A stretch of DNA of 64,000 nucleotides, taken from contig OX597818.1 of the NCBI GenBank assembly GCA_951406725.2, positions 118,358,001 to 118,422,000 on the forward strand. The letters are read 5' to 3'. This document shows positions 1 through 13,407 of the stretch, one piece after another (positions within the stretch are counted from its first letter, which is position 1; each line of letters begins with the position of its first letter). A program made the translations under genes and the position numbers. Under the pieces are notes generated by a model. The model saw only the letters and a list, made by a program, of their open reading frames with translations, made no database searches and was not told the DNA's origin. Source of the stretch: Octopus vulgaris. Lineage: Eukaryota.

Positions 1-358
1 AGCTTGCTTACGAACTACATGGTTCCAGCTTCACCCCCACAGCGTGGCACCTTCGGCAAGTGTCTTCTACTATAGCCTCGGGACGACCAACGCCTTGTGA
101 GTCGATTTGGTAGACGGAAACTGAAACCAGCCCGTCGTATATATGTATGTGTATGTGCGTGTATATGTTTGTGTGTCTGTGTTTGTTCCTCCAGCATTGC
201 TTGAGAACCCTTGCTGGTGTGTTTACGTCCCCGTAACTTAGCGGTTCTGTAAAAGAGACCGATAGAATAAGTACTAGGCTTAAAGAGAATAAGTCTTGGA
301 GTCGATGTGCTCGACTAAAAGCGGTGCTGCTCAGTCATATGACTGAAACAAGTAAAAG
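1..358 (+). mobile_element. SINE family A copy (tRNA-like head, internal TA/TG microsatellite), 5' end cut by the window edge
   Basis: Colinear with the complete copy at 41356-41750: GGTTCC..TTCA.TCCCAC.GCGTGGCACCTT.GGCAAGTGTCTTCTACTATAGCC ... GACTGAAACAAGTAAAAG. Confidence 0.9.
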
Positions 359-1726
359 TGGTTAAGAGAGTGAGTACACAGAGCGGGAGATCTATAATAT
401 TCATACATAAATAGTGGCGAATCTAAAATATTGGGGTTCTGAGGCATAAAATGTTATGGGGGGCCACCTATACAACCAGCAACAGTAGGATAACATTCAA
501 CAAAGGTCAAATAATTTTCTTGCCCTTGCATGGAATTCCGGGCTTGAGGCCCTGATTGCCCAAATGGTGAATTGGTGATGTGGAGTCCTAAAAGTTGAGT
601 CTGACAGTGAGCCCTCTTTCTTCCCGAAACAAGATGTGGGTAATTACCGATATCTTTACCGATGTGGTTGTTCCATGGCAGATCAGCACAATTTTCTTTA
701 CAAATTTAAGGACTACATTTCAGATTGTGAATCTCAAAGTCACTGGTATGAACAAATATTTTCCAGGCTATGCCTTATGCCTTTGGAGTCATGAGAGTTG
801 AAAATAAGGGACCCATTATATACAAGTATGATGCATCATATAAAACATAACAAATACCACAGTCAATATAATCTAATATTAATCTTATATTCAAGATAGA
901 TATGAAAATTACAAAATACTGTTTTGTGGAGGTTTTATGGTAATGTATTCCCTTACAGTTTTGTCATATGTGAGCTTTGTACAATGTCATTTATATGATT
1001 CCAATGGCGAATTAATTGAGTAACAAATAAACAAAACATGATACAACCAGCATCTACAATATAGAACAAAATGTGTGAATCGGGATGATTCGTAAAATAT
1101 AGAAAAAACTGCAAAAAAATACTTTAGTTAGGGACTTGCTGTATTATTTGGAATAAAATCTATTTATTTTATGATCCAAAAAATAATCATTATGTTCACT
1201 CAACCTGCATGCAATTCCAGTGAATACAACACCGATGCGTAGCCTATATTCATACAGATCAAAGAAAAAATTATAATATATCCCCGGGTATTTTATACCA
1301 GAATGATAGAGACTGTAGCCACCATTTATTATACCTTTGATTAATGAATACAAACCTGCAATATCCACGAGAATTAACAACTGCGATTTAAAATATTTTT
1401 TTCGTTAACACTAAAAAATGAGAATATAGGGTTTTGTGACAATATCAAAAGAAATATAAGAAAATACGTAAATACGTATTGGGAGTTATTGTTTGGTGTG
1501 TGCAGTATCATGTTTTCAAAAATACCGAAAAACATCATTAAAACTCAAACTACACCAACAGACATGAATCGGATTTCTAAATATAAATTTACTGCAAATA
1601 TATTTATTTTCATTTCACAAGTTTGTGGACAATTTAGGCATTAGAGTTTACATAGCTTTTTAGACTAACAAAATAGAACTCGAAGTTTTTCAGTGCAATT
1701 CACCGGTTTCAAATATATACATATAC

Positions 1727-1775
<49 letters not shown>

Positions 1776-1788
1776 TATATATGTATAC

Positions 1789-1843
<55 letters not shown>

Positions 1844-2568
1844 TATGCCCATGCTTGTACACATATATAAATATATGTATCTAACAAAATATATACAATC
1901 TTTGACGCCCTTAGAAACAAATGCATACACAAACGCACACACATGTTTACGTACATTCATACACTCATACCACCCATTTCCCACTCATATACACAAACTC
2001 ATAGTTGGATAACTTCATATATTTGTAGATAACATAAATATTTAATGCATCCAATATATTTCTAAATTATTCAGTCATTAAATTCTGTTATTTTATGATG
2101 TGATATATATATGTATATACATACATATAATTGTCAGTGAGTATATCTATGTTTCTGTATGTATATATTTGTGGGTGTGAGTGGCGCGCGGACGTGTGTG
2201 TGTGTGCGTGCCTGTGTGTGTGTGCACGCGTGTGTAGTATTAGTGTGTGTACTTTGTACTTAAATTCATATACGAACACATATATGTACTGAATATTACA
2301 AATGTCCGCGTATACGTTGAAAAAATTTCATGTTATAACACTTGACTATATGGAGCATTACATAATCGTCATAATGTAACAGCACATTCAACTACATAAG
2401 AAAAACCCATGGCTCTTAAAACGATGCTTTATCCGATCGCTGTGTATAACACGAGGTGTAATTGAGTCACTCGCAAATTGCCTTGATATATTTGTATGTA
2501 ACTTCATACATTTTTGAAAATATTGCACTGGATATGCGCTCCTATGGTCGTGCAAGTTGCTGCATATA

Positions 2569-3098
2569 CCGTAAATCCTTGAGTATATTCCGCCCTTGAG
2601 TATAATACGCAGGGGTTTTTTAGGGGGCTGAAGTTCTGAAATACCTAAACCTTGTGTATAATACGCACCCCTTCTCTAACTTGAGTCAAGGAGGTCTATG
2701 TAACGTCCTTGGTTTGTAAAAATGTATACGGTATCCTCCTTTATTATTATTGTGTATATAACATATTGCAAAAGTGTAGATTTTTTGTGCATTTTGTTTG
2801 CAGAAAATAAAGAAATAACTGTCATAACAGTAATAACGTATAATAAATGTTGCTTACTGCAAGTTATGGATGATTCTTTTATGACTTCATTGCTTTCAGG
2901 CTTAGCTTAAGTTATTTTCGCGCCCGGCATCACAAAATGCGTCTGAATAACCATTGCAGGAGAGCAAAGACAGCAAATAGAGTCTCGGACATTGCTTAGA
3001 AAATAATTTTCATTTTAACCTCGTGTATAATACGCACTAAGGATTTTGAACTTTAAAATTTTGAGAAAAAAATGCGGATTATACTCGAGGATTTACGG
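2569..3098. mobile_element. Non-autonomous TIR element (pogo/Tigger-like MITE)
   Basis: TIRs CCGTAAATCCTTGAGTATATTCCGC and GCGGATTATACTCGAGGATTTACGG, TA on both flanks (2567-68, 3099-3100), internal repeats of GTATAATACGCA, no ORF. Confidence 0.85.
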
Positions 3099-3180
3099 TA
3101 TGTAATTAAAATAAACATGAACGTCATAAGATATATAAGAGAAATACATGCAATAAACGCAGACACATTTATTATAGATA

Positions 3181-3730
3181 TTGGGTTGTCCGGAAAGTTC
3201 GTACTGATTTTTATAGGAAAGAAAATGATCAATAAATACTTGCCATTACATGTTTAATCAACCAAATATGAAGCATTTTGTTGCACAATGCATCTCCATC
3301 TTTCCTTTAACTTGGAAATACACTCTTCCAAGAATTGAGGTGGTTTCATGGCAAAGAATTCATCAAGGTATCTTTTATGTCATCCAAGGAATTGAAATTT
3401 TTACCATTAAGACAATTCTGCAGAGACCTGAATAAGTGGAAATAAGAAGGAACAATATCTGCTGAATATGGAGGGTTGGGTAACACATCCCAGCTGAGCT
3501 GGTTCCCAAAACATCAAGTGCCGAAAATGAACTTTCATATCTTCCATTTTTAAAGGGTTACAGAAATAACACAGGTTATAGGAACATAAACCTTATTCCA
3601 GGAAAAGATAGCTTAAACTGTACTCTAAATGGAGGTGTAGTCATATTCTATTGTATGGACTCAACCATGTTCTAAAATAAGTCGAAAGGTAAGCTACTAT
3701 AAATCGGCACAGACTTTCCGGACAACCCAA
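3181..3730 (-). mobile_element. Internally deleted mariner transposon
   Basis: TIRs TTGGGTTGTCCGGAAAGT and ACTTTCCGGACAACCCAA with TA flanks. Minus strand joins an N-terminus (MEDMKVHFRHLMFW) to a C-terminus (WDVLPNPPYSADIVPSYFHLFRSLQN...ERWRCIVQQNASYLVD*). Confidence 0.92.
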
Positions 3731-4228
3731 TAGATTCGATGATGCCTTTGTGCTGCAGTGTTGTAATAGTGGTTACTTTGTGCATCTCCAATAACACACG
3801 AAATACGAATTCCGTTTAAGGTATTATACTATTACATTCCCAAGAGGAATATCTAGAAGGCTGAAGACAATAAAACACAGAATTTTATAGAAAACTAAAA
3901 TTTTTTATTCATCCAGACATCATTTATTTTTATCATTATTTTATCAAGATTTCAATAGAAAATTAAACTGAAGTTACTAATATGTGTTACGAAATTTTAC
4001 TACCATTTGAAAAGTTTAACTCAGATATTTATTTGCTTTCATCGCTGTATGGTTAAAGATACGAGAAGATTTACAGTTTTGTTTGCGTCATTATTTGATT
4101 TAGTAAGGTACTTAATGGAAAATCACATATAAATATTGATTAAACTGACTACAGGATTATATGCAAGACAAAGACAATAGCTAAACGCTTTTGGTCTTTG
4201 AAAAGTTCACATCGAATGATATAACGTT

Positions 4229-4825
<597 letters not shown>

Positions 4826-5418
4826 TTCTCACACCACCATACTAGATTAAAAAACGGTAAAATATGCCAATACATTCATAAACACACTGAAATGCACAAT
4901 GATACAGAACGTACATGGATGAATGTTAATACGAAATGTGAACAAGTCAAATGGTAGAAAGACCGTCGCTAAGATGTTCTTGGTAAAGTATGGACAAACG
5001 GCTGGTCTCTGAAAGGTGACTGTTAAGTCAATGTAAATATCTCACAAACAGTTTTATACATGGAAGCCATCAAAAAGACCACACCATAGCACACTATAAA
5101 CGAGCAAATAGAATATAAAATCCGATAGCATACACGCCTGGGATGTATTAGAAACGATACCATAATTAACAGTTTAATTTCAGCAACATCGAAAGTTGCA
5201 CACGGGTATACTTGCCAGTATACGTGTAGTTCTTAAAATTCGCCGCCTCAAATTCTAACATAAATTACACAATATGCGGAGATTTCAAATAATACTTGTA
5301 TGAGAGCGTACACGTTTGAATGTAGTGTGTATGAACGGATGTATGAATATTTATATATCAATAAAAATATACATAAATAAGTATATATATTTAAAGTAAT
5401 GTTTACAAAACTGAGAAA

Positions 5419-5455
<37 letters not shown>

Positions 5456-5958
5456 CCTAAAATATTTTAATTTACTACTATTAATTAAGTTAGGCATCTA
5501 TGTTTCCAATATTTTATTTCATGAATTTATTTATACATATATTATATGAGTTTACTGCAACATTCGTATTCGATTATAAATACGAATTTCTGTAAAGTTT
5601 CAATTCAAACTTCTTGGAGCTATTTGATTAATCTTTCTACCTCAATACATTTCACGTCAAATTTCGAGGAGGAATAACTTCAGCTGTCTCCAATCGAATT
5701 CATTGAGAACATTCCAAGCTCACAGAAAGGTTTCTTTAAATAATTTTGCTGTGTTTACAGATTCTAAATATTTAGTTTTCTGCAGCTTTTTTAGTTATTC
5801 GTTATAGTGAAACAGGAAGGCCTATAAATTATAACTGTTTGTAAATGTCCATTTATATATGTACGTATGCAAATATACATAAGAATATATATCTACACAC
5901 ATATATATTTATATATGTGTGTGTAGATATATGTGTATATATATGTGTGTGTGTGTGT

Positions 5959-6034
<76 letters not shown>

Positions 6035-6065
6035 TTGTGCGTGTGTGTATATATATATATATATA

Positions 6066-6268
6066 GTTGTAATTTACAGAAAAAAAAAGAAAATACAAAG
6101 ACGGGTGTGTAAACAAGAAACAGATGTATTATTTTAACGCTCGGGAAGTGAGAAAGTCTTTTACGTTTCGAGTCTACGCTCTTCCACAGAAAGGGATAAC
6201 AGAAAATAAACAGAGAGAGAAAATTAAAAAAAAAAAAGTTTTAATGGCTAGCGATCAATCATAGTGAA
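6066..6268 (-). mobile_element. Short microsatellite-adjacent repeat (family D) with a hammerhead-like motif
   Basis: Homologous to 30578-30736 (GATGTATTA....AA.GCTCGGGAAGTGA.AA..TCTTT.ACGTTTCG...CTAC..TC..CCACAGAAA ... TGGCTAG); both abut (TA)n. Confidence 0.7.
6158..6193 (-). ncRNA. Minimal type-I hammerhead-like motif, variant core
   Basis: Minus strand CTTT-CTGTGGA-A-GAGC GTAG ACTC-GAAA-CG-TA-AAAG: stem I, variant core, stem II, GAAA, palindromic ACGT stem III and NUH site. Confidence 0.45.
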
Positions 6269-6804
6269 TATTTAAATTCCATCATTTTCGTGTTCATTTT
6301 ACAGAAAAAAAAGAATAGGATTTAGTGTTATATATTGTGTAAAATTAATTATAAAATATTCTATCCTACAAGAGTCAAGACTATTGAAAAGGTTGCAAGA
6401 GGCAACGAAAATATTAGGAAAATAAAAATAACAAATAAGTGGAAATTTTACCGGTGAGTGTGTTAAAGGCACAAAAAGAAAATTACTCTCCCAATACACA
6501 ACAGAATATCCTACACAGGAGTTATGAAAGTTATGCAATTTCAGAGATTCTCATGTGCAAATTGTTTATGGGATTGCCTCTCTGTAAGTTTCGTGAGGTG
6601 CCTGAACATCTTTGTTTAATGCTACACTTACATGAATTACATTATATTTGGTTTTCAACCTCTCATTTAACTGAATTAATAATTTGTTGGTTTAATTTTT
6701 GCCAGCTTTACTACTAACCAAATGAATTTATTATTGAAAACGATCGCTCTATGTCACATCTTTTAACTAAATAAGAATACAGTATTATCTTATATACTTA
6801 AGTA

Positions 6805-6950
6805 GAGGCGCGTGGCTTAGTGGTTAGGGTGTTGAACTCCTGATCGTGAGGTTGTATTTTCGATTACTGGACTGGGCGATGCGTTGCTTCCTTGAGCAAA
6901 ACACTTCAGTTCACGTTGCTCCATTCAACTCGGCTAGCAAAGAATGAGTA
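6805..6950 (+). mobile_element. SINE family C, 3'-truncated (tRNA-derived head plus core)
   Basis: A box TGGCTTAGTGG, degenerate B box, core TCCTTGAGCAAAACACTT..TTCACGTTGCTCC; matches 62793-63111. Confidence 0.85.
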
Positions 6951-8658
6951 ATGAGGGAGCGGGGGGATTTTTACCCCACTGAAACTGGCACGGTTCGAGA
7001 GGGAACATTTATTTATTTTTTTTAATTACCTTATTAAACGCGATCTTTCTTTAAAGGATGAAGATGCATATCATTATGTTTTACTCATTTATCTCCGGTT
7101 TCTTTCCGAAGGGTGTTGATTTAGTGAAAATATATAATGCCGAAATTCGTCACGTAATGCAGTTAACTCTCTTGTATGCCTTCTGGCTAAATCGCCGTAT
7201 AAATATTTTTTACAACTTTTGCTTGCCTCTTAAGTAGCCTTTTGCCTTTCACCAATCAATAAATAAAGTTTTCAAATAAGATTTTCCTTCTGTAGATATT
7301 TTTTTTTTACTACTCAAGACAATAAAAGTAACGATTTCGTGTGTACTTATTTTGAATCGATATTTATAATACAAATTCCAACCACAGTAAATCTTTCTCA
7401 GATATCCTTCAATATTTTGTAATAGAAATAGTAAATATAAAGAGGAGCGCAAATAATAAATTACATTTACTATAACGATAACTAATGTTATGTTACAAGT
7501 ATAAAACAAATGAAAGTTTAACGGAATGGCCGCAGCCCCTTCAAGAAGAAAAATAATATAAAAATTAAGTCGTAGATTTTTGTCCTGAAAATTTAGGTTA
7601 CTACTTAGATTTAGTTTCTTTCTGCTGATCGAAATAGTTTTTGCAAAACAGTGAAACAGTTTACGAGTATTCAATGCTTTTCACACGCAAGCAATAATTT
7701 TATTTGGCTTTTACAGTCGTATGCTATAACTTTTAACAATATGAATATTAAACAAGGATATATTTATTATAAACTTATTGTGAAACTTATTAGTTTTTCA
7801 TACTGACATATTTTCTGAATGCAATAAATACATACGCGGTTTATTTATATTTTGATAAAATATGTTTGTTTTGGCGTTTTCCAGTATAATATTGATTATT
7901 AGGAGTAATTGTTTTCACTGTTCAGGGAGAGACATATGACATTACCCTGAATAAGTGTTTTGAATACATGAATGGAATCATATTTGTATAGTTATGATGT
8001 AAATGAAAATCCATAATATTCAAATACTTCAACTGGGGAAAAGCAACGATTCAGGTTACGTGCTGACCGAAAAACATAAATCTTCACACACTCCCACATC
8101 ATTTATACTCAGTTTTACAATAGCGTTTACTACTGAAATACAGCTTATAATATGACTGTTAAGGGTGGGATAGAGTACAGTTTATTTCGTAATAGCTAGT
8201 CATTTGTTATTCTCTATACGATCCCTTCTCGAGATCATATAGATCTTCCGTATATCAACACAGACATTCCATCCTGGACTCTTATGCATTGTTTTTATTT
8301 GTTTTTCTGTCAATGATTTCTGTATTCTGTTTGCGAGATTCTTGGTGTGAATTTGTTTATTGAAAGAAACCTTGTTGTGTTTTGGGAAGGTCATTATGCG
8401 TGTGTTTATTATTATTAGCGTAATGGCATTCTCAAAAGGCAACAAGATTTCAATGAATATTTTGTCAAATTTTTCTTCATTGAAACGGTAGGAAACACGC
8501 TATGAGGATTTGTTCGTATGCGCTCCCAATTCTTCTCGAATATACACGCAAGACTACATGAAGTATTCGTTTTGAGAAGAAATTAGTAATTGGCTAGACT
8601 TTAACTGCAAGGTAAGGACAGCACCATGCACGACGAAATTTTCATTTTCATCTCCTTA

Positions 8659-9050
8659 CTAGCAGTAGCGCCCGGCGTTGCTCAAGTTACTTTCGACCCT
8701 TTAGAATTGGAATTTTTGAACAGCAAAAGTTTGGTATTATGTAGCTTGTTATTCTCTTTAAGTGAACATTTTTCTGGTTGAAATACACCGAAAAATGGCG
8801 ACACAGCAGTAAAAAAATAGTAAAAAATAGGGATTTTCATAGAAAAAAGGACCTTTTCGATTAAATACCTGTTGGTCTTAACATGGTCCCATTTGAATAT
8901 TTTTTGTTCTACGGACGGAAGAGAAAGCATTCTTCTATCATACTGTCAATTTTGGTCAACTTGCGCCGCGGGATCTCGGAGGAGATAGTATTAGTTGAAG
9001 GCTACCAAACCTGCCACACACAGACAACATCAGCTTTATATATAGAGAGA
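8659..9050 (-). mobile_element. Non-autonomous Helitron
   Basis: Minus strand starts with TC (TCTCTCTATATATAAAGC) and ends with CTAG after a GC-rich subterminal segment (GAGCAACGCCGGGCGCTACTGCTAG); inserted between A and T with no TSD. Confidence 0.75.
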
Positions 9051-9090
9051 TTTGACACAGTTTTAGTTCCATTTAAAACGTGGAGCTAAT

Positions 9091-9180
9091 GCATCTTAGC
9101 ATTGCCCACTAATATTGTTAGCATCTTAGCGTTGCCCACTAAAAACGAATGCATCTTAGCATTGCCCACTAATATGTTGT
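9091..9180. repeat. Three-unit 30-bp minisatellite
   Basis: GCATCTTAGC(A/G)TTGCCCACTAA plus 8 variable nt at 9091, 9121 and 9151. Confidence 0.9.
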
Positions 9181-10017
9181 TCTCTGCTTCCGGAATTATA
9201 TATTCTATATTCTAAAATTTCACAATAAAATCTAAGTTTAATGTTTTCTATTCCGTTGGTTTTGGGAAATTAAGACATCCGATATGTAATGTAGTTGAAC
9301 CAACCGATTATAACTTTCTTGTAAAATTGAGCTATTTTGTCCATATAAGGAATGATCACGTAGTTATTTGCTGGTAATGTAGCTACAAGTTATTTCATAT
9401 TTCTAGTTTTTATGTCTTGGTAATCATCTCAAAGGAAAGGAGCATTCGTTCTGAAAATAAATTTAGGTACTGTTGCTACAGAAAATAAATAACAAGAATT
9501 AATATTAATGAAATGACGCTTCGGTTTGTAAGGCAATATTATGATATTTACCAAGTTTCGTATAAAGAAACATGTGCCTCTTGTGCAAAGAATATCGCTC
9601 TTACGATTTTTTTACTGGCGGTTAGATAACCATGTAGCAGGCCTTTTGGATCATTCTATTTGACATGTAGCATATATGGCCAAGCTAACAGAGGTACCAT
9701 TGTGTAGGTAGAACCATGAATCTTATATCTGCGTGCCTGGTTCATTGTTGGCCATTTGATCAATTCACTTAACGTTAAGTATCCGTCTTAATTTACGCGG
9801 CAAGAAAGAATGGAAACGCTGGTCTCGTCAGGAACAGATGCTTCATGTCTCACAACCATAAAGGAGTGTGCTGAAAACACAAACTCTATATACGTCAAGG
9901 TTGGTGGGAACCGTTACAAAATTCTTCTTGCGGACACTGTCAACTACGCTGATGTTGAGGCTACTACTCCAATGCATCATTTTTACTTAGAAGCTGGGAA
10001 CGGGGTTTACTAGATGG

Positions 10018-10400
10018 GATTAGCGGTATATCATCTGTCTTTATGTTCTGAGTTCAAATTCCGCCGAGATCGACTTACCTTTCAGCCTTTCGGGGTCGTA
10101 AATTAAGTACCACTGAAACACTGGGGTCGATCTATTCAACTTAATCCCGCCCCACCAAGCTGCCCTTGGGGCAAACAATTGAAAATGGCGGCAAGCTGGC
10201 AGAAATGGTAGCGCTCCGGCCGAAATTCATAGCGGTATTTTGTCTCTCTTTCCATTCTGAGTTCAAATTCCGGCGAGGTCGACTTTGCCTTTTATCATTT
10301 TGGGGTCGATAAATTAAGTACCAGTTGCATAGTGAGGTCGGTTTAATCGACTAGCCCCGTCTCCAAAATCTCAGGCCTGGTGCCTTGAACAGAAAAAAAG
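10018..10400 (+). mobile_element. Two tandem SINE family B copies
   Basis: GGCGGCAAGCTGGCAGAA head, TTCTGAGTTCAAATTCC B-box-like motif, and CCTTT.A.C.TTT.GGGGTCG.AAATTAAGTACCA core, each core present twice. Confidence 0.85.
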
Positions 10401-11218
10401 ATTTTTCAGTATAATTTATATAACAGGTATATACACATTGTATGTTTACAATATGACAACCAGTTGTTAAAGATATTCAAGCTTTCAGAATTAGACAAAG
10501 ACTATTAAAAAGTAATTTTTCATTTGGTACAATCTTTCTAAACATTAACATAGTATTTTAATCTGCACTTGTCGATGCAAAACATAGAAAACGTGTTATT
10601 ATCGAGAGGAAACATATTCGGTGTATGATAGATGGCGTTGTAAATTAACACGCGGATAGAAACTGAATAAAATACGAAATTGAATTCTACATGCATAAAT
10701 AACATATCCTTCATTAAAAACAACACGGATGTAGAAGAAATTTGCATTAAAAAATTTCTATGTCTATATATCAATTATATGACTTCTCAACATACCCACT
10801 GTAAATATATGACTACCAAAATCTATATTGTGTTTAAGAAATATTTTGTTAATTCGCTTTCATGTTGTCACTCCAGTTATTCATATACATACATGCACAC
10901 AGATACACAGGCATACACACACACACACACACACACACATACACACGCACACACACACAAACACACACATGAAATATGTTGCCCGGATCTTCCCTAGTCC
11001 ATTCCGTAATTTTTGTACTCTTATTCGCCCACTCGGCAACCCCAGTCGCCTACTATGGAATATGAAAAGAAACACTTTTTTAGCTTATCGTTTTCCGGTA
11101 GGAAAAATTTCCCAAACCTTCCGTCTCAATAAATGATTTGATTTTTTAAGTATTTACTATGAATTGGTTCAAACTACTCCTCGATCCCTCAATCCTACAT
11201 TAATATATACACATACAT

Positions 11219-11296
<78 letters not shown>

Positions 11297-11349
11297 GAAA
11301 AAACAAGTCAAAAATAGAAAATGCTAAGATGATTTTATAGTGAATCTTT

Positions 11350-11387
11350 CAGTACCGGTTTCGGTCATTTTGAGACCTTTTCAACTG
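11350..11387 (-). ncRNA. Hammerhead-like motif in left pLTR arm
   Basis: CAG-TTGAAAA-GGTC TCAAAAT GACC-GAAA-CCGG-TA-CTG on the minus strand. Confidence 0.55.
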
Positions 11388-12021
11388 TAACGATTAATTA
11401 ATTAAATTTAGAAAAATTAGAAGAAAAGTTTTTTTAAAAGAATATTTCTGTAGTAGTGTTCAGATATAAGTAGCATTCTGCCTTTCTCTGACTCCCTTGT
11501 TTGCACTTGTATGTTCGAGGTCGTTTTGAGTTCTTGGTAGGATAGGTGAAGAATAATGAGGCTGATGTGGAGAGGGGGTGGGGAAATCTGGGAATGCCTT
11601 AATGGTCGTATTTTGAATGGTCAGTGGCTGACAGTAGTCGCAGTTCAATTCAGGAATTGTTTATGGAATTTGCGTAGGCGTTATACTGAAAGACATTAGT
11701 GACAAGGTTAAGGGGTGGAAGGTGGAGAAGTAGAAGAAGAAGTAGATGACGATGTTGATGATGATGATGATGAAGAAGAAGAAGAAGAAGGAGAAGGAGA
11801 AGATGGTGGTGATGATGGTGGTGATGATGATGACGACGATGATGATGATAATGATGATGATGAAGAAGAAGAAGAGGAAGAAGAAGAAGAAGAAAAAAAA
11901 CAGAGAAGGGAGAATATGATTGGGTGTAAGTATAGCTGTGATGGGGCTGATTAGTAATGGATTCTATGGAGTGTAATATTTGTGTGTGTATATATTTCTT
12001 TTATTCTAAAGTTGAGGTATA

Positions 12022-12360
12022 TTAATTGTTTGTCGTAGACCCGTTAAGAAGTGGCTAGTATTTTGTAATAAAGAGATTTTCTTTACTTATTCGTTGTCTC
12101 GAGGTTGTATCGTCCCTAAATTGGTAGAGGGGGAAAATTCTGAAGTTTGGTGTTTTTTTGTTGGCGCAAGTATCTATGTGTTGGCTAAAAGCTATTTTTC
12201 TGTTTTGGGGAATTTTTATCTGGGATCTGTGCAGGGCCATTCGTTTACGCAAACCATTTTTTGTTTGGCCTATGTACTGCTCTTGACACCCGGAGAAGGT
12301 TAGTGAGTATATTAGGTTCTCCGAAGCACATGTGAAGTGATTTTCACTGTAAACCGTTGT
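12022..12360 (-). pseudogene. Penelope-type GIY-YIG endonuclease fragment
   Basis: Manual translation FTCASENLIYSLTFSGCQEQYIGQTKNGLRKRMALHRSQIKIPQNRKIAFSQHIDTC...FRIFPL...RISKENLFITKY*PLLN shows LIY/YIG motifs and conserved R, H, H, E, N; one premature stop. Confidence 0.88.
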
Positions 12361-12988
12361 CCCTCAACTTTAGAATAAAAGAAATATATACACACACAAA
12401 TATTACACTCCATAGAATCCATTACTAATCAGCCCCATCACAGCTATACTTACACCCAATCATATTCTCCCTTCTGTTTTTATCTTCTTCTTCTGCTTCC
12501 TCTTCTTCTTCATCATAATCATCATTATCATCATCATCGTCGTCATCATCATCACCACCATCATCACCACCATCTTCTCCTTCTCCTTCTTCTTCTTCTT
12601 CTTCATCATCATCATCATCAACATCGTCAACTTCTTCTTCTTCTACTTCTCCACCTTCAAACCCTTAACCTTGTCACTAATGTCTTTCAGTATAACGCCT
12701 ACGCAAATCCCATAAACAATTCCTGAATTGAACTGCGACTACTGTCAGCCACTGACCATTCAAAATACGACCATTAAGGCATTCCCAGATTTCCCCACCC
12801 CCTCTCCACATCAGCCTCATTATTCTTCACCTATCCTACCAAGAACTCAAAACGACCTCGAACACACAAGTGCAAACAAGGGAGTCAGAGAAAGGCAGAA
12901 TGCTACTTATATCTGAACACTACTACAGAAATATTCTTTTAAAAAAACTTTTCCTCTAATTTTTCTAAATTTAATTATTTAATCGTTA

Positions 12989-13026
12989 CAGTTGAAAAGG
13001 TCTCAAAATGACCGAAACCGGTACTG
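12989..13026 (+). ncRNA. Hammerhead-like motif in right pLTR arm
   Basis: Identical motif on the plus strand, with palindromic ACCGGT stem III and a GUA site. Confidence 0.55.
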
Positions 13027-13137
13027 AAAGATTCACTATAAAATCATCTTAGCATTTTCTATTTTTGACTTATATATATATATCAATTCGTATATTTCAT
13101 ATATATCAATTCGTGTGTTCCTTTCCACCCTTATATA

Positions 13138-13171
<34 letters not shown>

Positions 13172-13407
13172 CATATGTACATTGTGTATACATTGTGTAT
13201 AAACTCTATACTTGGAATGACAAATTTTAAATACTGTTGGATTTTACTCATAAAGTATTGGAATCTTACATATATACCATTCTGCCTAAAAAATGGATCT
13301 ACAATTGCAATATCCCTACATATCTCACATCTATTTTCTTTCCTCCACCTCACTCTCAATTTTGTATTCTATCTAAATTAACTATTGCTTAACCATCCCC
13401 TCACACC

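Larger units (their letters stand above)
11297..13071 (-). mobile_element. 5'-truncated Penelope-like retroelement with inverted pseudo-LTR
   Basis: About 710-bp inverted arms (11305-12017 and 12362-13071) around a spacer encoding a GIY-YIG endonuclease C-terminus; each arm ends in a hammerhead-like motif and abuts (TA)n. Confidence 0.88.

Noticed and set aside
412-582. Possible hAT-like MITE remnant
   Set aside because: Terminal repeats and target duplication could not be established.
560-1380. Possible exons or hydrophobic peptides (e.g. ORF 1144-1380 on the minus strand)
   Set aside because: No recognisable domain and weak splice signals.
5020-5085. Degenerate minus-strand hammerhead-like pattern near a TA array
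   Set aside because: Both the core and GAAA are mismatched; too decayed to call.
9091-9180. CRISPR-like repeat/spacer appearance
   Set aside because: Only three units, 8-nt linkers, no cas genes and a eukaryotic context.
9810-10013. 67-aa ORF with ordinary composition
   Set aside because: No recognisable homology or splice context; short enough to arise by chance.
11715-11954. Acidic poly-D/E ORF, and a similar tract at 31820-31980
   Set aside because: Decayed (GAT)/(GAA) repeats; the first lies in the Penelope pLTR antisense to the element.
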